A DNA stretch of 64,000 nucleotides from an uncultured Maribacter sp. (GCA_965367725.1 CBDUKE010000002.1:7091-71090), one strand, 5' to 3'. Shown: positions 20,898-36,350, numbered from the stretch's first letter. Made by a program: numbers and translations. The notes: generated by a model from the sequence alone, not told the origin.

Positions 20898-21581
20898 TTA
20901 TTTTTCGTCAGTTTCGGGTAAATTAATACCCTTACGTAAAAATGTCAAGCCCATAAGTACAAGCCAAACAGCTTTGACGTGGAACAGCGGTTTGTAAATT
21001 TCATAGTTATCAGGTATGCCCATGATTATGCCCATCGCAGCGAATCCCATTACTATGGTTAACCAACCAAGTGCCTTGCTAACAAGATTCCATTTAACAA
21101 AAGCAGCACCTAAAATTACCAGTCCAACCCCTGAAAATACACGGCCAAACCTGACAAAACAGGTTACATAATGATTGGTGAAACTTAACCCATCCATTAT
21201 CTGTTGAACTTCTTCAGGTGATTTTCCTGCGGTTTTTCCAACGCCCCAAGCCCCAAATGTGTAGTAAAATGCAGCGGCAATAGCCAGAGTGAAAGTACCT
21301 ACGATAATCATGCCCGCACCGGGATAAATAAGTACGCGATAGGGTTTCTTAGTTGCTATTGAAGTTAAGGCGAACATTGCTATTCCCATGATTACCCATC
21401 CAAAAATATGAATACGATACATCCAAATCCAAGTCCATAAATGTTCATTTACGGCGCTAAAATCAGAGGCAACAATATACTCCCCTAAATGGTGTGGTGA
21501 AAAAAACCAACCACCCCATAATAATAGGGCAGAAACAATAAAAGCCCACCCAATAACATTAGTTTCAAAATCTTTTTTCAT
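20898..21581 (-). CDS. Hypothetical integral membrane protein (about 6 TM)
   Basis: 227 aa with repeated hydrophobic helices rich in W, G and F. I recognise no family. The GTAAC-N4-GTTAC site lies 51 bp upstream. Confidence 0.5.
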   Translation of the reverse strand: MKKDFETNVIGWAFIVSALLLWGGWFFSPHHLGEYIVASDFSAVNEHLWTWIWMYRIHIFGWVIMGIAMFALTSIATKKPYRVLIYPGAGMIIVGTFTLAIAAAFYYTFGAWGVGKTAGKSPEEVQQIMDGLSFTNHYVTCFVRFGRVFSGVGLVILGAAFVKWNLVSKALGWLTIVMGFAAMGIIMGIPDNYEIYKPLFHVKAVWLVLMGLTFLRKGINLPETDEK

Positions 21582-21631
21582 AATTTATCTATTTGTTGGG
21601 CCTAATATTAAATGAATCAGATTTCTTTTTT

Positions 21632-21647
21632 TGTAACAAATGTTACA
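21632..21647. promoter_or_regulatory. Palindromic operator TGTAACAAATGTTACA (site 1 of the family)
   Basis: Perfect inverted arms TGTAACA/TGTTACA. The site lies in the divergent region between the membrane protein (ATG 21581) and the class-V aminotransferase (ATG 21840). Confidence 0.6.
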
Positions 21648-21839
21648 AAGGTTGAAATCAAAATTTTCATTTCCTCCTTTTCATTGGCTTAACCAAAGCG
21701 TGTTTTTGGATAAACTTAGGCATTTGCTCAAATGTTTTATTTAAATTTAGGAAGGTATTATCTATATTTTTTTCATATATTTTAGTACCATTGACATTTA
21801 TTTGTTCATTGCTTTATTAGATTAAAAACAAACTATACT

Positions 21840-23342
21840 ATGGGTATTTCGTTACCAGGGCAAAAAACCATATCTACTGATTTGGAAGAATATTTTCAAC
21901 AGTTTAGAAGACACATTGTAGGAGTTGACCAAACTTTCCATTCTCCATACGGAGTGAAAAACATAATTTATGCAGATTGGACTGCTAGTGGCAGGTTATA
22001 TGGTCCCATAGAGCAAAAACTATTTCATGAAATTGGCCCAATGGTTGCAAATACGCATACTGAGACATCCTTTACCGGATCGGTAATGACCATGGCCTAT
22101 CACAAGGCACGCAAAATAATAAAGCAGCATGTAAATGCCAGTGAGGAAGATATACTGATAACGGTAGGAACCGGAATGACAGGTGCAGTAAATAAATTCC
22201 AAAGAATATTAGGGCTTAAGGTATCTGAAAATTTAAAAGAACATACAAATGTACCCGAAGCATTGAGACCTATAGTTTTTGTGTCCCATATGGAGCATCA
22301 TTCAAACCAAACTTCTTGGTTGGAGACCATTGCAAAGGTTGAGGTTATTCCTTGTGATGAAACTGGTTTGATATGTTTTGATAGTTTTCAAAAATTATTG
22401 GACAAGTATCAAGATAACCTTATAAAAATTGCTTCAATAACATCATGTTCCAACGTAACAGGAATTAAAACCGATTACCATAGAATTGCGAAAATGATCC
22501 ATCAAAATAACGGACTTTGTTTCGTTGATTTTGCATGTTCTGCGCCTTACGTGGAAATTGATATGCATCCTAAAAGCAAAGCGGAATATTTAGATGCAAT
22601 TTTCTTTTCTCCCCATAAGTTCTTGGGTGGTCCTGGCGCAAGTGGCGTATTGATATTCAATAAGAAATTATACAAAAATTTGGTTCCCGATAATCCAGGT
22701 GGTGGTACAGTCACTTATACCAATCCATGGGGAAACCACGATTATATTGATGATATAGAGACTAGGGAAGATGGGGGAACTCCAGGATTTTTACAGGCGA
22801 TTCGTGCGGCCTTTGCTATTCAATTGAAAGAAGAAATGGGAGTTAAGAAAATTCATGATAGGGAAAATGAAATAAATAAAACGATTTTTGAAAGTCTTTC
22901 CCAAATAGCTAATTTGCATATTCTGGCCGAGGAGCATCAAGAAAGATTGGGAATATTCTCTTTTTATATTGATGATGCACATTATAACCTGATCGTAAAA
23001 CTATTGAATGATCGTTTTGGCATCCAAACCCGGGGCGGCTGCTCTTGTGCTGGCACCTACGGGCACTTTTTGCTTCATGTAAATGAACTGACCTCAAAAG
23101 CAATAGAGCAGAAAATATTGGAGGGTTGCTTAATGGAAAGACCTGGATGGGTACGAATGTCGATTCACCCAACCATGACCAATGCAGAAGTTGATTTTAT
23201 CTGCAATGCCATAAAACAAGTTGCTTTGAATCATAAGGAATGGGGTAAAGACTATACACAAAATTTGGCCAAAAACGAGTTTGAACACAAAGAAGGCAAT
23301 GTGCAAGAACAAGAATTAGTAAGTAGTTGGTTCAATTCTTGA
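21840..23342 (+). CDS. Class V aminotransferase-fold PLP enzyme (cysteine desulfurase/selenocysteine lyase-like)
   Basis: 500 aa. PLP-lysine motif FSPHKFLGGPGASGVL and overall class-V pattern (SHMEHHSN, GGCSCAG near the C-terminus). Confidence 0.75.
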   Translation: MGISLPGQKTISTDLEEYFQQFRRHIVGVDQTFHSPYGVKNIIYADWTASGRLYGPIEQKLFHEIGPMVANTHTETSFTGSVMTMAYHKARKIIKQHVNASEEDILITVGTGMTGAVNKFQRILGLKVSENLKEHTNVPEALRPIVFVSHMEHHSNQTSWLETIAKVEVIPCDETGLICFDSFQKLLDKYQDNLIKIASITSCSNVTGIKTDYHRIAKMIHQNNGLCFVDFACSAPYVEIDMHPKSKAEYLDAIFFSPHKFLGGPGASGVLIFNKKLYKNLVPDNPGGGTVTYTNPWGNHDYIDDIETREDGGTPGFLQAIRAAFAIQLKEEMGVKKIHDRENEINKTIFESLSQIANLHILAEEHQERLGIFSFYIDDAHYNLIVKLLNDRFGIQTRGGCSCAGTYGHFLLHVNELTSKAIEQKILEGCLMERPGWVRMSIHPTMTNAEVDFICNAIKQVALNHKEWGKDYTQNLAKNEFEHKEGNVQEQELVSSWFNS

Positions 23343-23351
23343 TTTACCTTT

Positions 23352-29536
<6,185 letters not shown>

Positions 29537-29709
29537 TTTTTTACATTGATAATTTCTTGGTTATAAACCTAAAAAAAAGCTTAAAAAGACTAATTTAAAC
29601 TTAAAAATAAGGGTATTTTAAAAGTAATCACAATAAACATTTTTAATTTGGATTTAGGACGTTATTTTTGAGATCTCCAAATGAATTAATAAGGCGTTAC
29701 CAGATAATC

Positions 29710-30342
29710 ATGATCAAAGAACTGCAAGAAAATTACGGACATCTTTTTGAAGAGGAATTGATAAATGAAATTATCCAGACAGGAACGTATCGGGAAATTC
29801 GTGAAGGTCATAAACTTATGGAAATTGGCGATTATGTAAAGTCCATGCCACTGCTGATATCCGGAGTTATTAAAGTGTTAAGGGAAGATGGCGATGGTGA
29901 TGAATTACTTTTATATTTTCTAGAGCATGGCGATACTTGTGCCATGACACTTACTTGTTGCGTGGGGCAAACCAAAAGCGAGATAAGGGCTATTGCGGAA
30001 ACCAATGCAAAACTGATTATGATACCCGTCCAAAAAATGGAAGAATGGTTGGCAAAATATAGTAGTTGGCGCAATTTTGTGTTGCAGAGTTATCATAATA
30101 GGTTAAATGAAATGCTCGAAACTGTGGATAGCATTGCCTTTCTGAAAATGGATGATCGCCTGCTAAAATATATTAAGGACAAAGCCCGTGTAAACAATGA
30201 TAGTACGATAAGTACAACACATCAGCATATTGCATATGAATTACATACTTCAAGGGTAGTTGTTTCGAGATTGCTTAAAAAATTGGAGAATCTAGGAAAA
30301 ATAGAACTTCATAGAAACCAGATCAAATTAAACGATGATTAA
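29710..30342 (+). CDS. Crp/Fnr family transcriptional regulator
   Basis: The listed TTG at 29668 is unlikely, and ATG 29710 (MIKELQENYG...) gives the usual ~210 aa. It has a cNMP-binding-like beta-roll, and C-terminal HTH HQHIAYELHTSRVVVSRLLKKLENLGKI. A cysteine cluster C77-x5-C83-C84 (TCAMTLTCC, nt 29938-29961) is present. Confidence 0.85.
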   Translation: MIKELQENYGHLFEEELINEIIQTGTYREIREGHKLMEIGDYVKSMPLLISGVIKVLREDGDGDELLLYFLEHGDTCAMTLTCCVGQTKSEIRAIAETNAKLIMIPVQKMEEWLAKYSSWRNFVLQSYHNRLNEMLETVDSIAFLKMDDRLLKYIKDKARVNNDSTISTTHQHIAYELHTSRVVVSRLLKKLENLGKIELHRNQIKLNDD

Positions 30343-30401
30343 TTATAGTATATAGTAAGGGCTATTAAAGTATACCGAATTTTTAGTTTAATGTTTATGT
30401 T

Positions 30402-30428
30402 AAAGACTGATATTTATCAGTCTTTTTT
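30402..30428 (+). terminator. Intrinsic terminator after the Crp/Fnr gene
   Basis: Stem AAAGACTGAT / ATCAGTCTTT with a 4-nt loop, followed by a T-tract. Confidence 0.6.
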
Positions 30429-30448
30429 ATTTGGGAAACCCTGAGATT

Positions 30449-30464
30449 TGTAACCAATGTTACT
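30449..30464. promoter_or_regulatory. Palindromic operator TGTAACCAATGTTACT (site 2)
   Basis: The GTAAC-N4-GTTAC core is intact. It lies 57 bp upstream of the ATG at 30521 (MBL remnant, then rhodanese). Confidence 0.55.
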
Positions 30465-30520
30465 TTACACTTCGTTATTCTATTATAATTTTATACCGTT
30501 AACTGTATCATCTTGTAAAC

Positions 30521-30721
30521 ATGGGAATTGAACAAATTTGTACAGGCTGTTTGACCCATGCAGCTTTTTATTTGGAGCGAAAAGGTGAAGCTGCAATTTT
30601 TAATCCATTACACAAGGTTCAACCTTATTTTGATAGGTCAGCATATATTGGTCTGACTACCCTTGCTATGGCTGGTGCAATAGTTTGTTCAAGTTGGATG
30701 TATGGGAGAGACAATTACTAA
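30521..30721 (+). pseudogene. Remnant of an MBL-fold persulfide dioxygenase-like gene (N-terminal ~40 codons, then unrelated sequence)
   Basis: MGIEQICTGCLTHAAFYLERKGEAAIFNPLHKVQPYFDRS resembles, from memory, the conserved N-terminus of ~470-aa Bacteroidota MBL-fold/rhodanese proteins (M.IEQIYTGCLAQGAYYI...GEAAIIDPLREVQPY.DRA). The HxHxDH metal motif and everything after it are missing, and the ORF ends after 66 aa. Confidence 0.4.
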
Positions 30722-30769
30722 AATTGCCCTTCCCCAATTACAAAAGGAAAAAAATAAATATAAAGAAAT

Positions 30770-31111
30770 ATGTCATTTTTAAGTTCACTTTTTGGGGGTA
30801 GTGCCCTTAACTCGGATAAGTTCGAAGTCCTTGATAAAAACGCTTATAAAGTTGCCATTCGGCAAAAGAAAGTACAATTGGTCGATGTTAGAACTCCTAG
30901 GGAATATAAGGGTGGGCATATTGGAAAAGCAATTAATATAGATCTATTCCAAAGAGGAAGTTTTAAGCAGGCTTTTGAAAAATTGGATAAGAACAAACCT
31001 GTTTATCTATACTGTAGGACGGGAAGTAGAAGTAGAAAGGCGGCCCAGAAAATTTTGGATATGGGATTTGAAAAAGTTTATGATCTAAAAGGAGGTTATA
31101 TACATTGGTAG
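30770..31111 (+). CDS. Rhodanese-like domain protein (single domain, active-site Cys)
   Basis: VDVRTPREYKGGHIGKAINI and the active-site loop YCRTGSRSRKAA, then KGGYIHW at the C-terminus. Confidence 0.85.
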   Translation: MSFLSSLFGGSALNSDKFEVLDKNAYKVAIRQKKVQLVDVRTPREYKGGHIGKAINIDLFQRGSFKQAFEKLDKNKPVYLYCRTGSRSRKAAQKILDMGFEKVYDLKGGYIHW

Positions 31112-31331
31112 TTGACCATCTTAAGAAGAATTTGGAAGCAATAAACCTCCGCGTAAGAAATAGTGAAATTAAAATAGTTCTAAAATGACCCATTGGATGG
31201 AACGTGAAGAAAGTGTCTTGAAGACATTTTTAGTGACAGGACAGCCCATAGGTTGGAAATGGTGATTGGCTAATTATCCTGCCTGCCAGCAGGCACACGT
31301 GTGACCTATTAAAACAAATAAATACAAACAG

Positions 31332-31604
31332 ATGAAAGCATCTATAATAGTACAAAACCTAAAATGTGGTGGATGTGCCCGTACCATTACCAATAAATTA
31401 TCTGAAATGGAAAACATTTCAGAAGTTCAGGTTTCTCCAAATACGTCAATGGTATCTTTCGCCTACGAAGATTCGAATGATGCCTTAAATGTCATGGATA
31501 AACTTAAAGAGTTAGGATATCCCTCTATTGATAGTAAAAACACCTTGGCTTCAAAAGCTAAATCGTTTGTAAGCTGTGCCACAGGGAAAATGTCAAAGCA
31601 ATGA
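31332..31604 (+). CDS. Heavy-metal-associated (HMA) domain protein
   Basis: 90 aa with a ferredoxin-like HMA pattern and the metal motif KCGGCARTI near the N-terminus. It overlaps the next gene by 4 nt (ATGA). Confidence 0.7.
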   Translation: MKASIIVQNLKCGGCARTITNKLSEMENISEVQVSPNTSMVSFAYEDSNDALNVMDKLKELGYPSIDSKNTLASKAKSFVSCATGKMSKQ

Positions 31605-32632
31605 AAATAGCATACATATTGGCCATTCTCTTGGTAATTACAGGTTGTAAAGACGCCAAAAAATCTGAATTTTCAAAAGCAGATAGAACGGATACACTAG
31701 ATGTTCTAGCTTCAGATTTACATCCGGGGAAAAAAATTATGGAGACATTATGTTACGCCTGCCATGACGCTACTACAACAGAAGAATATAGGCTCGGTCC
31801 ACCAATGGCCGCGATTAAAAGGCGTTACTTAATGGGCGGGTCTACCAAGAATGAATTTAGCAGTGCTATATTAGCATGGATCGCGAAACCTTCACTCGAG
31901 AAGTCGAAAATGCCCGGTGCAATTGATCGCTTTGGTGTTATGCCGTACCTCCCTGTCCCAGAGGAAGACATACGGCAAATTGCAGAGTATCTCTACGATT
32001 ATGATATAGAACAACCAGAATGGTTTGAGGAGCATTACCAAAAAAGCCATGGCAGAGGACAAGGAATGGGAAATGCTATGGGTAATGGCATGGGAAGAGG
32101 AAAAGGAATGGGCAGACAGCAACGTTTTGGACAAAACACCACTGTTGACGATTATTCCGATATTGGCCTAAAATATGCCTTATCAACAAAAGCACAATTA
32201 GGTAAAAATTTAATGAAGGCCATCGCGGAAAAAGGCACTATAGGCGCAGTTGAATTTTGTAACATTGAGGCGATGAAACTTACGGATAGTATTTCGGTCA
32301 TGCATAATGCGATAATCAAGAGAGTTTCAGATAAACCCAGGAACCCAAAGAATATGGCCAATGATAAAGAGCTAGGACATATTACAGCTTTTAAGGAACT
32401 GGTAAAAACTGGATATGAAATAGACCCTATTGTAGAAGAAATAAACGGGGAGGTCAATTTCTATTATCCCATAACTACAAATACCATGTGTCTACAATGT
32501 CATGGGACCCCAAATGAGCAAGTTACATCTGAAACATTAAGTGCGTTAAAAGCCCTTTATCCCTCGGACAAAGCTTTAGGTTATGATGTTAATGAGGTTA
32601 GGGGTATTTGGAGTATAGTTTTTGATAAATAA
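31601..32632 (+). CDS. Lipoprotein: c-type cytochrome domain + Met/Gly-rich linker + DUF3365-like heme domain
   Basis: Lipobox LVITGC. It has two CxxCH motifs (CYACH, CLQCH). The linker is GRGQGMGNAMGNGMGRGKGMGRQQ (nt ~32051-32119). The C-terminal half resembles DUF3365/Tll0287-like proteins (VRGIWSIVF ending). Confidence 0.6.
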   Translation: MKIAYILAILLVITGCKDAKKSEFSKADRTDTLDVLASDLHPGKKIMETLCYACHDATTTEEYRLGPPMAAIKRRYLMGGSTKNEFSSAILAWIAKPSLEKSKMPGAIDRFGVMPYLPVPEEDIRQIAEYLYDYDIEQPEWFEEHYQKSHGRGQGMGNAMGNGMGRGKGMGRQQRFGQNTTVDDYSDIGLKYALSTKAQLGKNLMKAIAEKGTIGAVEFCNIEAMKLTDSISVMHNAIIKRVSDKPRNPKNMANDKELGHITAFKELVKTGYEIDPIVEEINGEVNFYYPITTNTMCLQCHGTPNEQVTSETLSALKALYPSDKALGYDVNEVRGIWSIVFDK

Positions 32633-32699
32633 CCAAATTTGGCTTCTTGATTTAGTTTATTTAAAAATAGCGACCACCATTAATTCATAGTATTAACAA

Positions 32700-33491
32700 A
32701 TGAGATATTCGGTAATTTTTCTAATTGGCTTTTTTGCCTTAATTGCATGTAAAGAAGGTAATTCAACTAAACATGAAAATGGGGCTGATGCCCATAGTAG
32801 TTCACAAAATGACCATTGGGGCTATACAGGTGAAACAGGACCAGAACATTGGGCTGAAATTGAAGAGGAATCTGAATGTGATGGTAAGTTTCAGTCACCA
32901 ATCAATATCGTAAAGTACAAGGAAAACAATGATTTGGAACCAATTAATCTGAATTATACCATAAATACAAAAATCCATGATGTTACGAACAATGGGCATA
33001 GTATTCAGTATAACTTTGAAAAAGGGGATTTTATCAATGTCAATGGTATTAGATACGATTTAAAACAAGTGCATTTTCATGAACCTTCAGAACATACAAT
33101 TGATGGGGTACGTTATCCTTTAGAAATGCATTTGGTGCATAGTAATGACTCAGGGCAGTACACGGTTATCGCCGTCATGGCAAAAGAAGGGCAGAGCAGT
33201 ACACCCTTTGATTTTTTGGAAAGTTTCTTGCCACTTAAAGTAGGTGAGCGTAAAATTGTGGACAGGTCCTTTAATATGAACGACAACTTGCCAGCAAACA
33301 ATGATTATTTCTTTTATGTTGGATCATTGACCACGCCTCCCTGTTCTGAAGGTGTTAAGTGGTATGTTTTAAAAGAATCCATTACTGTCTCTTTGGAACA
33401 GGTAGAACTATTAAAGAATTTGATGCCTATTAACAATTATAGAAATGAGCAACCCCATAATGGGCGACAAATTTATATGAAAAGCGATTAA
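32700..33491 (+). CDS. Alpha-class carbonic anhydrase (secreted lipoprotein)
   Basis: HWGY, SPINI, NNGHSIQ, the zinc histidines in QVHFHEPSEHTIDG and EMHLVH, and GSLTTPPCSEGVKW. Confidence 0.92.
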   Translation: MRYSVIFLIGFFALIACKEGNSTKHENGADAHSSSQNDHWGYTGETGPEHWAEIEEESECDGKFQSPINIVKYKENNDLEPINLNYTINTKIHDVTNNGHSIQYNFEKGDFINVNGIRYDLKQVHFHEPSEHTIDGVRYPLEMHLVHSNDSGQYTVIAVMAKEGQSSTPFDFLESFLPLKVGERKIVDRSFNMNDNLPANNDYFFYVGSLTTPPCSEGVKWYVLKESITVSLEQVELLKNLMPINNYRNEQPHNGRQIYMKSD

Positions 33492-33518
33492 TTCGTGATA
33501 CGAATCCTGAAGCTTAGG

Positions 33519-33620
33519 TGTAATCAGGGATAAATCCTTGATTACAAGCATAAACACAGCATTCCACCGCTTATTTGGATTACACTGAACCATTGAACTT
33601 AATACAATGATTCAGTGTAA
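33519..33620. other. Cluster of strong hairpins in a convergent intergenic region
   Basis: A 12-bp stem TGTAATCAGGGA/TCCTTGATTACA (33519-33546). A composite ~15-bp hairpin TTACACTGAA-C-CATTG...CAATG-A-TTCAGTGTAA (33580-33620). Neither has a clear U-tract. Confidence 0.45.
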
Positions 33621-33670
33621 AATGAAATTATGGTCTAGACCAGAAATCAACTTATTTCATAAAAATTTAA

Positions 33671-34549
33671 TCAGTCCTTTTTAGACTTACCAAAGCCATA
33701 TATGTTTTGGTGGATAAAATCTTTGGGAAATTTTTCGTCCCCAGGAAAGCCCAATTCAATTGTACCACTATCCTCCGGTATATAATTGGTCTTAAAAATG
33801 TAATCCCAAAGACTTAGACTAATTCCGAAGTTTACACCATAAGTATCTTTAGGGAGGGCATATACATGATGGTACAAATGCATTACCGGATTATTAAAAA
33901 TATATTTTAATGGACCCCATGTTATTTTAATATTGGCATGATTCAAATGTCCAATAGTAATAGCAATAAAATGCACGATATACGCCTGTTCAGGTTCAAA
34001 ACCACCTAAAACCATAACGCCAAGTGTTTTTAAAGGTTTATAAATGATATTTTCCATCCAGTGGTAACGTAAGTGTGCCGCAAAACCCATTTCCTTAACG
34101 GAATGGTGCACCTTGTGGAATTTCCATAAAAAGGAATACTTATGAAGTAATACATGGGTGAACCATTGTACAAAGTCAAGAATTATAAAGAAAATCAGCA
34201 ATTGGGCCCAGGCCGGAAGGGCAGAAAGGTCCAATAAAGTTAGGCTCTTTGAGGAAACTCCTAAATCATTGAAAAGTAAACCCAATAATTTATAAAAACC
34301 ACTTACTGCAATAGCAAATAAGAAGAAGTTGAAATACATATAAAATCCATCCAACCAAAAATCCTTCCTAAAAATAGATTGGTTCTTTCGCCAAGGGAAG
34401 GCGATTTCAAGGCCCCAAACGATTAAAGAAATAACAGTAAGCCCCCAGAAGTAATTCGTATACCAGGGAACATCAAAAAGTATTGATTTCCATGTCCAAT
34501 CTACGCTACCCATGAATGAGTTAACAAAAGCATCTAAGTATTTTTCCAT
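33671..34549 (-). CDS. Fatty acid hydroxylase / sterol desaturase family membrane protein
   Basis: Histidine boxes HVLLH, HKVHH and HLYHH in a polytopic membrane protein. Confidence 0.8.
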   Translation of the reverse strand: MEKYLDAFVNSFMGSVDWTWKSILFDVPWYTNYFWGLTVISLIVWGLEIAFPWRKNQSIFRKDFWLDGFYMYFNFFLFAIAVSGFYKLLGLLFNDLGVSSKSLTLLDLSALPAWAQLLIFFIILDFVQWFTHVLLHKYSFLWKFHKVHHSVKEMGFAAHLRYHWMENIIYKPLKTLGVMVLGGFEPEQAYIVHFIAITIGHLNHANIKITWGPLKYIFNNPVMHLYHHVYALPKDTYGVNFGISLSLWDYIFKTNYIPEDSGTIELGFPGDEKFPKDFIHQNIYGFGKSKKD

Positions 34550-34598
34550 TACTTTATTATTTAATTATATAATTTTTTTTAATTTTTCAGCGTGCAAA

Positions 34599-35072
34599 TT
34601 ATTCTTTGAGGGCATACCACTCAATATCTTTTAAAACCTCTCTTCTGCCTTTATTTACTGGTGGGTAGTTGGCAACTAGGTAATCTACTATAATATCCTC
34701 ATTATTGCCTAAATCCCATAGATTTTGAGTCTCTTGCATCCAGCGTATTGTGCTGATCCATCTTTCTTTATTCATTCGATTTTGGGTGACCAGCTTGGCA
34801 GAATGGCAATTCGTACAATTATTGACCACGGCCATGAGTCCTTCGGCCTCTACCAAACCTGTGCGAACATGTATGCCATTTTCTATTTTATCGTAATCAT
34901 CTTCCTCAACCACGGCGATATACTCAGCTTCGGGTTTGGATTTTTCAAATAGGTTTGGGTTCGACAAAAGGTATAGCACGGAAAGTGCAGCTACTGCAAA
35001 CAAACCAAAAAGACCTACCATCAGGCGATATATTGCCCTAACTTGTTGTTTGAATTTTTTGTGATCCTCCAT
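34599..35072 (-). CDS. Membrane-anchored monoheme cytochrome c, SorB-like partner of the molybdoenzyme
   Basis: N-terminal TM helix and a single CTNCH heme motif. Its start lies 3 nt after the stop of the sulfite-oxidase-like gene. Confidence 0.6.
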   Translation of the reverse strand: MEDHKKFKQQVRAIYRLMVGLFGLFAVAALSVLYLLSNPNLFEKSKPEAEYIAVVEEDDYDKIENGIHVRTGLVEAEGLMAVVNNCTNCHSAKLVTQNRMNKERWISTIRWMQETQNLWDLGNNEDIIVDYLVANYPPVNKGRREVLKDIEWYALKE

Positions 35073-35074
35073 GC

Positions 35075-36295
35075 TTATGTAACCTTTATGGCAATTCTAT
35101 GACAAGCATTGTTGAGATAACCTTTAGGATTCCAACCTGGTAAAAGCATAGGTTGACTTATTCCTCTAGCGTCGGTTGCTCTTGCCCAAACTTCGTAATA
35201 TCCTTTTTTTGGAAAATCAATACTAGCTGTAAAATGCTGCCATGCCAAACGGTTTGCTGGTTTTTCGATGGGGCATTCTTTCCAAGTTGAACCAAAATCT
35301 ATTGAGTATTCCATTTTTGGAACTTCCAATTCCCCTGCCCATGCATGCCCTCTAATATTTAATTTTTTTCCTTTGGTAATCGTCGCACCGGATTTAGGAT
35401 AGGTAATCAAGGATTTTACGGGCATCGATTCTATGATACACATATCCTCATCTTTTACTTTCTCCCCTGGGGCCACTGGATTACAAGGTACACGATATGC
35501 ATCGCCGGTCATTTTGGTTCCATCGTGAACTATATTACGTACACTGATACGGTTAACCCATTTGCCCGAAACAGAAGCTGGCCAACCACCAGCAACTAAC
35601 CTTAAAGGGTAACCATGGGCCAACGGAATATCCTCACCATTCATTTTGAATGCAATCAGGGTCTCATCCTGCATTGCTTTTGGTATAGGGGCACCCCGGG
35701 ATATAGGTTCTTTTTTTGGATCTCTACTTAGATGTACATCGGCTGCATGAAAACCTATGTAGACGGCATCACTTTTTAAGCCTACATCCTCAAGAATATC
35801 GCGCAATCGCACACCAGTCCAAGTGGCACTGGATACAGCTCCGATCGTCCATTGATTTCCTTTGGCAGGGGGGTCAAATTCGCTTCGGCCATTCCCACCA
35901 CATTCCAATGTTAATTGGTAAGTGTGTTGCGGAAACTTTGATTTTAGCTCAGCAAGTGTATATGTTTTTGACTGTTTGGCCGATTCACCATCAATAGTCA
36001 ACGTCCATTTACTCGCATCAATATCTTCTGGAATGAGTCCATTATTACGTATGAACATGAATTTGTTGGGCGTGATTTTATCATCCAATAAATGTGCTTT
36101 GGCTTCAATATTCCAAGGTTTGTCATTGAGTACGACCATTTCCTTATCTTTGTCGAACATCTTAAAGGGGTCGGGGTCTTGTAATGCCAATGGTTGATAC
36201 CCTTCTGGCAGCACATTGCCAAAAACAATATCGGCTCCGATAACAGTGGTCATAGTGCCTAAAACCGCTTTCCTAACAAAGTTTCTTCTTTTCAT
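35075..36295 (-). CDS. Tat-exported sulfite oxidase/dehydrogenase-family molybdopterin enzyme (SorA-like)
   Basis: I prefer the internal ATG at 36295 (MKRRNFVRKAVLGTMTTV, twin-arginine) over the listed start at 36358. Mo-ligand region LTLECGGNGRSEF and a C-terminal dimerisation-domain-like region. Confidence 0.8.
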   Translation of the reverse strand: MKRRNFVRKAVLGTMTTVIGADIVFGNVLPEGYQPLALQDPDPFKMFDKDKEMVVLNDKPWNIEAKAHLLDDKITPNKFMFIRNNGLIPEDIDASKWTLTIDGESAKQSKTYTLAELKSKFPQHTYQLTLECGGNGRSEFDPPAKGNQWTIGAVSSATWTGVRLRDILEDVGLKSDAVYIGFHAADVHLSRDPKKEPISRGAPIPKAMQDETLIAFKMNGEDIPLAHGYPLRLVAGGWPASVSGKWVNRISVRNIVHDGTKMTGDAYRVPCNPVAPGEKVKDEDMCIIESMPVKSLITYPKSGATITKGKKLNIRGHAWAGELEVPKMEYSIDFGSTWKECPIEKPANRLAWQHFTASIDFPKKGYYEVWARATDARGISQPMLLPGWNPKGYLNNACHRIAIKVT

Positions 36296-36350
36296 TTTGT
36301 TTGTTGAAGTTCTTGATTTCCGAAAATAAGCATTTTTTGGTTTTATAAAA

